Assembly (NCBI GenBank): GCA_947631745.1 | Contig: CANRMM010000002.1 | Span: 3,364-67,363 of the forward strand | Direction of reading: 5' to 3' | Source: an uncultured Clostridia bacterium | GTDB taxonomy: Bacteria; Bacillota; Clostridia; TANB77; CAG-508 | DNA: 64,000 nucleotides | Part shown: one piece after another, positions 9,342-18,796 of the stretch | How positions within the stretch are numbered: the stretch's first letter is position 1 | How the letters are laid out: every line of letters starts with the position of its first letter | Position numbers and translations under genes: made by a program | Notes under the pieces: generated by a model | Databases searched by the model: none | What the model saw: only the letters and a program-made list of their open reading frames with translations | What the model was told of the DNA's origin: nothing

Positions 9342-10457
9342 ATGCGAGAAGTTAAAAAAATCGTATTTTTTCTAATTATTATTGTTGCACTTCTATTGTT
9401 GCCAAGTATTTGTAAAGCTACTGATTATACAGTTGCAGATGAAGATACTTTGAGAAATACACTTGAAAGTGCAGTAACAGGAGATGTTATTACTTTAACA
9501 AAAGACATTGTGTTAACAAGTCCAATTACAATAACAGATAAAATTATTGAAATCAATGGTAATGGTCATAGTATTAGTGCTGATGATACATGGACTTCTG
9601 GAACGCAAGGAAATCAAAGCTTGCTTACAATTTCAACAGGTGCAAATGTTACTTTAAGAAATCTTACTTTAAGAGATAGTAAGAAATATGGTGTTCAAGC
9701 ATATGATACTGGTTATGTTATTTTAGATGGAGTAACTCTTATTGATAATAATTATGGTGGAGTTCTAGTTAATGGAGGAAATCTTGAAATTGTTGATGTT
9801 GATTTAGGAAGAAATGGAGAAGAAAATAATGTTGGAATAGAAATATCAAAAGGAGAAAGCGCACAACGTGATCCAGTTATTATTATGAATGGTAGATTAT
9901 CTTCAAGTGAATCTGAAAATGTTATTTGGATAGCTCAAAATGATAACCTTGATAAATTTACATTAGAAAATACAGAAGAAACAGAATATAAATTATTTTC
10001 TACAGGAAATCAAGTTTTAGTAGCAGATGAAAATAATCAAATTATTTATGCAAGTAATGAAAGTGAAAAACAAATTGAGATCTCACCTGATGAGAGTATA
10101 GAAAGTGTTATTGTAACAATTCATTATGGAGATGGAGTATTACAATTTGCAGTTAATAAAGGAGATAAATTATCAAGTGTAGATTTAACAGAGGTTAAAG
10201 AAGGAATAGAAGGCAAAGAATTTGTAGAATTTAGAGTTGGAACAGAAAAGGGAGAAGTATTTAAGGAAGATACAGAAATTACAGAGAGCATTGAATTAAT
10301 GGCAGTATATAAGGATATTAAAAAGGAAGAAGTAAAGAAACCAGAAGAAAAAGATGAAAGTGATAAAAATGGTATGGACAATACACAAATTGTTATTGCT
10401 TCTACTTTAGCAATTTTATCACTTGTTGGATTAGTTGAATTAAAGAAAAATAAATAG
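9342..10457 (+). CDS. secreted right-handed beta-helix (pectate-lyase-fold-like) surface protein with C-terminal TM plus basic tail
   Basis: Signal peptide; LTKDIVLTSPITI...INGNGHSISAD...LRNLTLRDS...VILDGVTLIDN repeats; C-terminus IVIASTLAILSLVGLVELKKNK. Confidence 0.55.
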   Translation: MREVKKIVFFLIIIVALLLLPSICKATDYTVADEDTLRNTLESAVTGDVITLTKDIVLTSPITITDKIIEINGNGHSISADDTWTSGTQGNQSLLTISTGANVTLRNLTLRDSKKYGVQAYDTGYVILDGVTLIDNNYGGVLVNGGNLEIVDVDLGRNGEENNVGIEISKGESAQRDPVIIMNGRLSSSESENVIWIAQNDNLDKFTLENTEETEYKLFSTGNQVLVADENNQIIYASNESEKQIEISPDESIESVIVTIHYGDGVLQFAVNKGDKLSSVDLTEVKEGIEGKEFVEFRVGTEKGEVFKEDTEITESIELMAVYKDIKKEEVKKPEEKDESDKNGMDNTQIVIASTLAILSLVGLVELKKNK

Positions 10458-10523
10458 AAGTAAAAGAAAAGCATAGGAACTTAATAAACTATGTTTTTCT
10501 TTTGTTTTACACTTGGAGGAAAT

Positions 10524-11342
10524 ATGAATAAGGGAAAAAGGATTATAATTATTTTATTGCTGTTTATCTTTTTTTGTTGTATTTCTTATCTTATTTTAGA
10601 TTTTTCAGAACTTTTTAGAGAGAATCAAGAAATGATTGGATTATTAAATTCTATAGAAATTGATGAAGAAACTAGAGAAGAAGTTAATGAAGAAATTAAT
10701 GAAGATGATATTAAAGATACTAAGCCAGAGGTAACGGAAAGGATGCTTAAAGTTCGTGAATTAAAAAAGGAAAATCAAGATGTTATTGGATGGTTAGAAA
10801 TAGAAGATACAAATATAAATTATCCTGTTATGCAAGCTAGTGAAGAAGAAGATCAGTTTTATTTAACACATAATTATAAAAGGGAAGAAAATAAGCAAGG
10901 TTCTCTTTATTTGGAAGAAGAATATGATTGGAGTATTCCATCTAACAACTTTTTAATTTTCGGGCATAATAATAGTTTAGACGGAAGTATGTTTGCAGAT
11001 TTACCAAAATATGAAGACGAAAGTTTTTATCAAGAACATCCAACAATACGATTTACAACAGTGGGTGAAGATGCTGAATATGAGATAATTTCAGCATTTC
11101 GCTCGAGATTGTATTATAAAAATGAAACAGGTGTGTTTCGCTATTATTTCTTTTATAATTGCGAGAATGAGGAAGAATACAATGAGTTTGTTAGAAATGC
11201 AAAAGATAGTTCATTGTATGATACAGGAAAGACAGCTAAATATGGAGATCAGCTAATTACACTTTCAACTTGTGCTTATCATACAGAAGACGGAAGGTTT
11301 GCAGTTGTGGCAAGAAAGCAAAATTCTACTAAATCGTCTTGA
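10524..11342 (+). CDS. srtB: class B sortase
   Basis: VIGWLEIEDTNINYPVMQ...FLIFGHNN...LITLSTCAYHTEDGRFAVVARK (His, TLxTC Cys, Arg all present); N-terminal TM. Confidence 0.85.
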   Translation: MNKGKRIIIILLLFIFFCCISYLILDFSELFRENQEMIGLLNSIEIDEETREEVNEEINEDDIKDTKPEVTERMLKVRELKKENQDVIGWLEIEDTNINYPVMQASEEEDQFYLTHNYKREENKQGSLYLEEEYDWSIPSNNFLIFGHNNSLDGSMFADLPKYEDESFYQEHPTIRFTTVGEDAEYEIISAFRSRLYYKNETGVFRYYFFYNCENEEEYNEFVRNAKDSSLYDTGKTAKYGDQLITLSTCAYHTEDGRFAVVARKQNSTKSS

Positions 11343-11389
11343 TAAAAGTTGCTTTTTCTGATATAGTGTATGTTGCAGAGGTGAAATTT

Positions 11390-12385
11390 ATGAAATCGGG
11401 TAAGCATCATCAAACGAACCAAAAGAACAAAAAAAATGATAAAAAGAAAAGTACTACTAAAAATGTGGAAACACCTAAAAGCAATGCAAAACATGCAGAA
11501 ACGGTGAAAGATAATGCTAAAGACAAAAAAATTGTTAAACAGAATGCTAATAAAGAAAGTTCTATAAAAAGAGCTAGTAGTGTAGAAATTGCTAGTGATA
11601 ATGTTGAAAATTCCATAAATAATCATCAAGATGAGAGTATAAATAAGTCAAATAGTAAAATTATAGTACGTATTATACTAATTATTCTTGTTATTTGTGC
11701 TGTTTATGTTGCTTCTTATATATGGAGTCTATATGGTGAACAAGTGGAATTGGAACATTTATTATCTAGTGTAGAAGTTAGTGAAAATGATATACAAAGG
11801 ACAGGAAAAACTGAAAGAATGTTACAACTAGAAGAAGTAAAAGAGATTAATCCAGATATTGTTGGATGGCTTGAAATTTTTGGAACAAAAATCAATTATC
11901 CTGTTATGCAAAGCAAAGAAGAAAATGATAAATTTTACTTAGATCATAATTATAAAAAGGAAGGAAATATACAAGGTTCTATTTATTTAAAAAAGGAATA
12001 TAACTGGAATATTGCATCTAATAATATGATTATCTATGGACAAAGCAATACTATAGATGGAAGCATGTTTGGGGGATTAAAAAATTACCAAAGTGAAGAG
12101 TTTTATAATTCTCATGATACATTTCGTTTTACAACGGAAGATAGTGATTTTGTATATGAGATAATTGGAGTTTTTTCATCAAAAGAATTTAACTATGAGC
12201 AATATATTAATTTAGATGGGGAAAAACAATATGATGAGTATGTGAAGAATGTAAAAGAACATTCTATGTATGACACAGGAAAAACAGCTAAGTATGGAGA
12301 AACATTAATTAGTCTTTCTACATGTTCTAATAATGCACAAGATGAAAGATTTGTTATAGTAGCAAAACAGAGAAATGAGGAATAA
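11390..12385 (+). CDS. class B sortase paralog with catalytic His replaced by Gln and a Lys-rich N-terminal extension
   Basis: IVGWLEIFGTKINYPVMQ...MIIYGQSN (Q where His is expected)...LISLSTCSNNAQDERFVIVAK; roughly 100 aa K/N-rich region before the TM. Confidence 0.8.
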   Translation: MKSGKHHQTNQKNKKNDKKKSTTKNVETPKSNAKHAETVKDNAKDKKIVKQNANKESSIKRASSVEIASDNVENSINNHQDESINKSNSKIIVRIILIILVICAVYVASYIWSLYGEQVELEHLLSSVEVSENDIQRTGKTERMLQLEEVKEINPDIVGWLEIFGTKINYPVMQSKEENDKFYLDHNYKKEGNIQGSIYLKKEYNWNIASNNMIIYGQSNTIDGSMFGGLKNYQSEEFYNSHDTFRFTTEDSDFVYEIIGVFSSKEFNYEQYINLDGEKQYDEYVKNVKEHSMYDTGKTAKYGETLISLSTCSNNAQDERFVIVAKQRNEE

Positions 12386-12387
12386 TT

Positions 12388-12756
12388 ATGAATATTTTAG
12401 GAAATGTATTATGGTTTTTATGTGGAGGATTTTTTAGTGGACTTTCTTGGCTTATATCTGGTGTATTATGGTGTATAACGATAGTAGGAATTCCTTATGG
12501 AAAACAATGTTTTAAGTTTGCTTCTATGTCTTTTGCTCCATTTGGAAAGGATATAGAATATGGAGGAAGTGTACCTTCCTTAATAGCAAATATAATATGG
12601 GTTATTTTCTTTGGAATTCCAATGGCAATAACAAATGCTACTTGGGGTTGTGTTTTATGCATAACAATAATAGGCATTCCATTTGGACTTCAATTCTTTA
12701 AAATTGCAAGGTTATCTTTGACACCATTTGGAGCACAAATTATTACTAATAAATAG
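12388..12756 (+). CDS. YccF-domain inner membrane protein
   Basis: Two repeats of ...ITIVGIPYGKQCFKFA / ITIIGIPFGLQFFKIA typical of YccF family. Confidence 0.8.
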   Translation: MNILGNVLWFLCGGFFSGLSWLISGVLWCITIVGIPYGKQCFKFASMSFAPFGKDIEYGGSVPSLIANIIWVIFFGIPMAITNATWGCVLCITIIGIPFGLQFFKIARLSLTPFGAQIITNK

Positions 12757-12811
12757 AAATAAGTACATTTTATGATATGTAATTGAATAAAAAGTAAAGA
12801 GGCATTTTTGA

Positions 12812-12852
12812 AGTGAATCTAAATTATCTGATAATTTGGATTCACTATCTTT
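12812..12852 (+). terminator. terminator after yccF-like gene
   Basis: AGTGAATCTAAATTATC / GATAATTTGGATTCACT long stem (1 mismatch) followed by ATCTTTTT. Confidence 0.7.
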
Positions 12853-13131
12853 TTAGGTGAATACACATTATACATATTTTTATGTTTGTCAAATTAATTA
12901 TAAAGTGGATTATTAGGGGCATAAAAGAGAAAAACCTAATTTAATAGGACAAGCGTAATTTTAGAATAGCAAAGTTCTTTTAGAAATGAATATAATTGTT
13001 AGAAATTGTAAATTAAACAAATAATAAAAAAAATTGTAATTTTACAAAGGAGTAAAAAATTATTTAGGAAACAATATTGTAAGAAACTGGATATTATGGT
13101 AAAATGTAAACTAATGAAAATGGAGGTAAAT

Positions 13132-14367
13132 ATGTTGGAAAAAATCCCAAATCATTTATTAGAATTAATTAAAGAAGGAGAAAAAATATCAATAGAATTT
13201 AAAGAGGCTGGTGTAGCATTACCGGAAGACTTATTTGAAACTATATGTGCATTTCTAAATAGAAATGGAGGACATATATTTTTAGGAGTAAATAACAATG
13301 GAAAAATAACAGGAGTTTCAAAAGAACATATAGAAATGATGAAAAAAGATTTTGCTAATTTATGTAATAATCCACAAAAAATAAATCCCACGGTATATTT
13401 AAAAATTGATGAATATGAAATAGATAATTTGAGAATATTACATATATATGTGCATGAAAGTTCAGATGTTCATAAAACTAAAAATAGAATCTTTGATAGA
13501 AACGAAGATGGTGACTATGATATTACTCAAAATACGACTTTAGTTGCTAATATGTATTTGAGAAAGCAAAAAACTTATACTGAAAATAAGATATATCGAT
13601 ATGTAACGATAAATGATTTGAGAAAAGACCTGATAGAGAGAGCAAGGCAAATGGCCGTAAATAGAGCAGGAAATCATATATGGGAAACAATGACAGACTT
13701 AGAAATGCTAAAAAGTGCATCCTTATATGAAATAAACTATGAAACAGGAGAAGAAGGATTTACGCTTGCAGCGATACTATTATTAGGAAAAGATGATGTT
13801 ATACAATCTGTCTTACCACATCATAAGACAGATGCAATTTTAAGAGTAGAAAATGTAGATAGATATGATGACAGAGATGATATAAGAACGAATTTAATAG
13901 AAAGTTATGATAGATTAGTTGCATTTATAAGGAAACATTTAAGTGAAAAATTCTATATTGAAAATGATCAAAGAATAAATGTTAGAGATAAAATTGCAAG
14001 AGAAATTTGTGCTAATATACTTATTCATAGAGAGTATTCTAATCCATTTCCAGCAAAATTAATAATAGACAAACATTATATTAGAACTGAGAATGCCAAT
14101 AAGCCTAAAATGATAGGATGTATAAATATTACTGATTATGTTCCTTATCCTAAAAATCCTAAAATAGCAAAGTTTTTTAAAGAAATTGGTTTAGCAGACG
14201 AGTTAGGATCTGGAGTAAGAAATGTTGCCAAATATACTAAAATATATTCAGGTGGAATACCAATATTTAAAGAAGATGATATTTTTAAAACGGAAATATT
14301 AATATCAAGTGAAAAAAATAAAGAAATAGATATAACCGGCGATAAACCGGCGATAAACCGGCGATAA
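13132..14367 (+). CDS. AlbA_2 (Schlafen-like DNA-binding) + RecG-C-like (HATPase_c_4) regulator, truncated before its C-terminal winged helix
   Basis: ISIEFKEA...LNRNGGHIFLGVNNNGKITGV (AlbA_2 pattern); PKNPKIAKFFKEIGLADELGSGVRNV (HATPase_c_4 pattern); ends inside an 11-bp tandem repeat. Confidence 0.7.
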   Translation: MLEKIPNHLLELIKEGEKISIEFKEAGVALPEDLFETICAFLNRNGGHIFLGVNNNGKITGVSKEHIEMMKKDFANLCNNPQKINPTVYLKIDEYEIDNLRILHIYVHESSDVHKTKNRIFDRNEDGDYDITQNTTLVANMYLRKQKTYTENKIYRYVTINDLRKDLIERARQMAVNRAGNHIWETMTDLEMLKSASLYEINYETGEEGFTLAAILLLGKDDVIQSVLPHHKTDAILRVENVDRYDDRDDIRTNLIESYDRLVAFIRKHLSEKFYIENDQRINVRDKIAREICANILIHREYSNPFPAKLIIDKHYIRTENANKPKMIGCINITDYVPYPKNPKIAKFFKEIGLADELGSGVRNVAKYTKIYSGGIPIFKEDDIFKTEILISSEKNKEIDITGDKPAINRR

Positions 14368-14378
14368 ACCGGCGATAA
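14335..14378 (+). repeat. tandem repeat, 4 perfect copies of ACCGGCGATAA (11 bp)
   Basis: Read directly: accggcgataa x4, G+C-rich in an A+T-rich gene; stop codon arises in copy 3. Confidence 0.95.
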
Positions 14379-14563
14379 CTGCTAAAGACAAAATTATAGA
14401 ATATGTAGTAACTAATACATATATAACAACAAGCATAGCGACAGATTTGCTAAAATTAAAGAGTAAATCATGGGTAAGAAGTATTTTGAATAAAATGGCA
14501 GAAGAAGGAATTTTAATTATAGAAGGTGCTAATAGAAATAGGAAGTATAAATTAAACAAATAG
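14357..14563 (+). pseudogene. detached out-of-frame C-terminal winged-helix segment of the preceding gene
   Basis: Other frame is open from 14357: TGDKPAITAKDKIIEYVVTNTYITTSIATDLLKLKSKSWVRSILNKMAEEGILIIEGANRNRKYKLNK*; no start codon or SD of its own. Confidence 0.65.
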
Positions 14564-14871
14564 TAATGATTCATTGGAAATATTTATGATAAATATTTAA
14601 TTGAGTATGATGAAGTAGAAGAAAAAATTATAATGACAGAAAATACAGAAAATGGTTATGTTACTAAAGAAATGGAAACAAATAATGTAACGAGTAATGA
14701 AAATACAATAGAACCATATATACCTAATAAATGAATAAGAAAAAGGTAAAAACGTAGGTAATAGATATCAAGCTGTAAAAGTTGAAGTCTATATGTAATA
14801 GGCAGAGGAGGAGTTATGATCCTGCTCTGTTTTTACATAAAAAAGCAGATATTTGAATCCGCTTTTTAAAA

Positions 14872-16377
14872 CTAAATATTATATATATCCTTTTTTGCAA
14901 AATGACGAATAGCAATACCTAACAGTGCTATCTCATATATTAAACAAATGCATACTGAAAAAGGAAGTGTTAATACATTAATATCAGGTATTCGACCAAA
15001 TAAATAGATACTAAAATCCCAATTATTTGTTATAAAGTATTTAGCGATAGGAGTAAGTGCAGAAATTTCAGACCATTGAGCGATAACAGTACTGCAAATA
15101 AAAAAGATTATTAAAGTAAGAATCATTGTCATAACAGAGTGATTATTCATAACACTCATAAATATGCAAAATGTAACAATTATAAAATACATTGGCAATT
15201 TGCATAATAACAAAAGTAGTAAATAAACAAATAAATTTAAAGTAAATACGGAATTAGAAGTATAGTTATAACCAATGTAACCAATACTATAGCTATCAAA
15301 TCCAAAGATGATTCCACCAACAATATATTGTACTAAAATCATAAACAAAGTAGTTATTATAATTGTTATTACACAAGCTAAGATTTTTGAAATTAAAATT
15401 TGACTGCGTTTATGAGGCTTGGTAAGTAAATTCTTAATTGTTCCTTTATTTTTTTCTTCTGCTATGCTAGTGCAAGCTATATAAATTGCTATTGCCACAA
15501 TTACAATATCAAAATGTTTAAATGATCTTATCAAAGAAATTCTGGCATCAACTTTATTATGAGAGAGTACAGTAATTGCACTATCTGAAATATCATAATT
15601 AATTTTATTTTCCAAGGCATATTTATTTAAAGCAACATTTAATTTACAATTTTTTATTGTTTTATTATAAATGCTATCAGATTTATTGGATTTTAGACAA
15701 GATTCTAAAAGATATTGTTTCGATCTCCAATTACTTATGTAATCATTGAAAATATCATCATTAAAAGGAATATCATATTTTAATCGATATTCATATATTT
15801 CTATTTCAATATTCAAACTTTTCTTTTCATCAGAAGTAATAGAAGGGGATTCGGTTTTTTGACGTAAATTTTTAATTTTTAATGCAACAAATTCTTTCCA
15901 ATCATCATTATTTAAAGCTTGTACATATTGTTTATATATTTTTTGGGCTTCTTCATAATCACTTTTTTGAATATTAGAATTAGGATTTATTTCATAATCA
16001 ATTATAGTAGTCAAATTAGATTTTATATCTTGATAAAAATTTGTGGGAAAATCCTGAACATCATGACTGGTATTCTCTTCACCTAAAGCATATTTTTGCC
16101 AAGAATTTTCTGAATAACTGTTATATAGTTTACCAAATTCAATAGACAATTTTTGGGAAACATAAAACTTATCATTTTTATCCATGTTTTCGAAGGCTCG
16201 CTCGAGAGCATCAATATTAAAATCCAAAGGTCTAAAAAAAATTTTATTTTGATCAGGATTAGCATAATTAAATAAAGCAATGATAATAATGATGATGAGT
16301 AGCAATAAATAAAAACTTTTTTTCTTAAAAATTTTAATCAGTTCATTTTCAATTAACTTAATCAATGTCTGTACCAC
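14872..16377 (-). CDS. ABC-2 type exporter permease with large extracytoplasmic domain
   Basis: N-terminal TM, about 270-aa soluble loop, then EEKNKGTIKNLLTKPHKRSQIL and 5 TM segments; GTG start overlaps ATPase stop. Confidence 0.75.
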   Translation of the reverse strand: MVQTLIKLIENELIKIFKKKSFYLLLLIIIIIIALFNYANPDQNKIFFRPLDFNIDALERAFENMDKNDKFYVSQKLSIEFGKLYNSYSENSWQKYALGEENTSHDVQDFPTNFYQDIKSNLTTIIDYEINPNSNIQKSDYEEAQKIYKQYVQALNNDDWKEFVALKIKNLRQKTESPSITSDEKKSLNIEIEIYEYRLKYDIPFNDDIFNDYISNWRSKQYLLESCLKSNKSDSIYNKTIKNCKLNVALNKYALENKINYDISDSAITVLSHNKVDARISLIRSFKHFDIVIVAIAIYIACTSIAEEKNKGTIKNLLTKPHKRSQILISKILACVITIIITTLFMILVQYIVGGIIFGFDSYSIGYIGYNYTSNSVFTLNLFVYLLLLLLCKLPMYFIIVTFCIFMSVMNNHSVMTMILTLIIFFICSTVIAQWSEISALTPIAKYFITNNWDFSIYLFGRIPDINVLTLPFSVCICLIYEIALLGIAIRHFAKKDIYNI

Positions 16378-17086
16378 CTACCTTCTTAATAAAAGCATCT
16401 TCTAAGGTAGAATCTTTAGATGCAATTAATTTAAAATTATCAATTGTATCATCAGCAACAAGCTTACCATTTTTTATCGCAACAATTCGATTACATACTT
16501 TATCAATTTCACTTAGATTATGACTAGAAATTAAAATTGCAATTCCATTGTCAGATAACTTTTTAATGAGTTCTCTCATTTCAATAATTCCTTCAACATC
16601 AAGACCGTTGGTAGGTTCATCTAAAATTAAAAACTCAGGATGATTTAAAATAGCTTCTGCAATGCCTAATCTTTGTTTCATTCCAAGAGAATAGGTAGAA
16701 ACTTTATCTTTAATTCTATTTTCTAAGCCAACAATTTTTACGACTTCGTTAATTCGCTCTTTTCCAATATTTTTAAAGTTATTAGCAGCAATTTTTAAAT
16801 TATCATATCCAGACAAATACATATATGAAGCAGGGCTCTCAACAATGGCACCAACTTTATCAATAGCTTTTACAAAATCTTTTTGAATATCAAATCCATT
16901 AATCAAAACAGTTCCTTCTGTTATTTTAATAAGACCTAAAATTAGTTTTATAATTGTTGTTTTACCAGCACCATTAGCACCAATCAAACCAACTACATCA
17001 CCACTATTGATAGAAAAAGAAATATTTTCTACAATTACTTTATTCTTTATTTTTTTCTTTAAATTTTCACATTTTAATACTTCCAT
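16358..17086 (-). CDS. ABC transporter ATP-binding protein
   Basis: Walker A GANGAGKTT, signature LSLGMKQR, Walker B FLILDEP; start MEVLKCENL behind AGGAGGA. Confidence 0.9.
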   Translation of the reverse strand: MEVLKCENLKKKIKNKVIVENISFSINSGDVVGLIGANGAGKTTIIKLILGLIKITEGTVLINGFDIQKDFVKAIDKVGAIVESPASYMYLSGYDNLKIAANNFKNIGKERINEVVKIVGLENRIKDKVSTYSLGMKQRLGIAEAILNHPEFLILDEPTNGLDVEGIIEMRELIKKLSDNGIAILISSHNLSEIDKVCNRIVAIKNGKLVADDTIDNFKLIASKDSTLEDAFIKKVGGTDID

Positions 17087-17096
17087 AACTTTCCTC

Positions 17097-18057
17097 CTAT
17101 GATTCATTTACAATATCTTTTTCTTTAAAGACTTTTAATATGATGACGGTAAGTAGTAAAAAAATTATGACAGAAATGATTAGCATAGAAATAATATTTC
17201 CACTTAACTCACCATATATATATTGGCTTAAATCCCAAGTATAAATACTTCCGCATATAATTTAAAAATATTTCTGTTTTTGATAATAAATATAGTCCTA
17301 AAGAAACTAATATAGAGAGAGGAGTGTTACCAGTAGTAATACCTAGCAATATAATGACTAAATTTAAAATCATAAACATACAAAGTTTAGTACCAAGTAT
17401 AGATAACATATAAAGACATAGGTTCATTGTAACGACAGTATTTGATGAAAAATCATAACGAATAGCATCTAAATTATAACTATCAAAACCAAAAAAAAGT
17501 CCACCTAATAAAAACTGAAATAGAATGATAAAAATAGTAATACCAATACATATACTAAATGAAGTTATTAATTTTGCAAAAAATATGGCGATTCGCTTAT
17601 GAGGTTTAGTAAGTAAATTTTTGATAGTTCCTTTTTGATATTCATCTGAAAAAATAGTACTAGCTACATAGAGAACAATAAAGATAATAGCAATTTCGAA
17701 AAGATTAAATACCTTCATAAGAAGAATCCTAGCATCTGCTGGAAGAGATACATTTTTATTTTCTGAATTTAAAAGAATATTATATTGGATATTATTGTCA
17801 ATTGCATATTTTTCCAAAGCAATTCTTTCAATAACAGTAGAATATTTTTCGGGCTCAGAAAAATTTTCATAATTTTCTAGATAAAAAGTATCTTGTTTAT
17901 ATGATCTTTCATATAAAGTTTGAATAGAATCCTGAGAATTAGTAATTTTTAAAAATAAATTATAGACAGAAATGAGGGCAATTGCTATGAAAAATAAGAT
18001 GTAAATATTCTTATTCTTAAATATCTTTATGATTTCATTTTTTACTAAATTTAACAT
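17097..18057 (-). pseudogene. ABC-2 permease (first gene of exporter operon), frameshifted in an (AT)5 run
   Basis: ORF 17209-18057 stops right after ATATATATAT (17214-17223); next frame continues GELSGNIISMLIISVIIFLLLTVIILKVFKEKDIVNES* to 17097, matching the C-terminal TM of the family. Confidence 0.65.
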
Positions 18058-18077
18058 TTTAATCTCCTTTTTTACAA

Positions 18078-18107
18078 ATTATAACATATAGAATATATTA
18101 GTTACAA
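18078..18107 (-). promoter_or_regulatory. putative promoter of ABC exporter operon
   Basis: Minus strand TTGTAA, 18 nt spacer, TGtTATAAT; same sequence conserved in the duplicate at 25930-25959. Confidence 0.5.
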
Positions 18108-18265
18108 TATTATAAATGGTAAAATTAGAGTAATTAATATATAGATAGAAATTTTATAATATAAACTAATTATTACATTTTTATGTTATTATTTTAAATA
18201 AATATATAAAAAAACATCTTATAAGTAGATTGGGTTTGCAAACGATATAAAAAATAGGAGGAAAA

Positions 18266-18796
18266 ATGGAAGAACTAGTAGAGAAAGCAAGAAAAGGAGA
18301 TAAAAAAGCTTTTACAGAACTTATGGTATTATATGAAAGCGATTTATATAAGATTGCAAGGTCAAGGCTGAAAGACGAAAATGATATATGTGATGCAGTG
18401 CAAGAAACAATGATTATTGCTTTTCAATCTATTAAGAAACTGAAAAATCCCAAGAGTTTTAAATCATGGATTATAAAAATTTTGATTAATCAAAGTAATA
18501 AAATTTATAGATATGAAAATAAAAGAAAAATAGTATCTTTTGAGGAAATAGAAAACGATATGATAGATGAATTTAATATTGAAGATACTGAACAAATACT
18601 AGATTTTAATTTTTTATGTAAAAATTTAAAATATGAAGACAGAATTATAATGGTGCTGTATTACATAGAAAAGTTTACAGATAAGGAAATAGGAGAAATA
18701 CTAAATTTAAAGGAAAGTACCGTAAGAACTAAAAGGTTTAGAGTTTTACAAAAGATGAAAGATAGTATAAAAGGAGGAAAGAAGATATATGAATGA
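18266..18796 (+). CDS. ECF-type sigma-70 family RNA polymerase sigma factor
   Basis: Region 2 (DAVQETMIIAFQSIKKLKNPKSFKSWIIKILINQ) and region 4 HTH (EKFTDKEIGEILNLKESTVRTKRFR). Confidence 0.85.
   Translation: MEELVEKARKGDKKAFTELMVLYESDLYKIARSRLKDENDICDAVQETMIIAFQSIKKLKNPKSFKSWIIKILINQSNKIYRYENKRKIVSFEEIENDMIDEFNIEDTEQILDFNFLCKNLKYEDRIIMVLYYIEKFTDKEIGEILNLKESTVRTKRFRVLQKMKDSIKGGKKIYE

Noticed and set aside
2051-12677. Many short antisense or alternate-frame ORFs in the track (e.g. 2051-2245, 4950-5144, 5000-5203, 6885-7118, 7599-7811, 8342-8557, 10124-10474, 11279-11629, 11410-11616, 12495-12677)
   Set aside because: They lie inside well-supported genes on the other strand or frame. Their products are low-complexity and rich in F, L, I and S, typical of A+T-rich antisense sequence. 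They have no SD.
14305-14574. 89-aa minus-strand ORF opposite the tandem repeat
   Set aside because: It is antisense to the AlbA_2-family gene tail, which shows family-like sequence on the plus strand.
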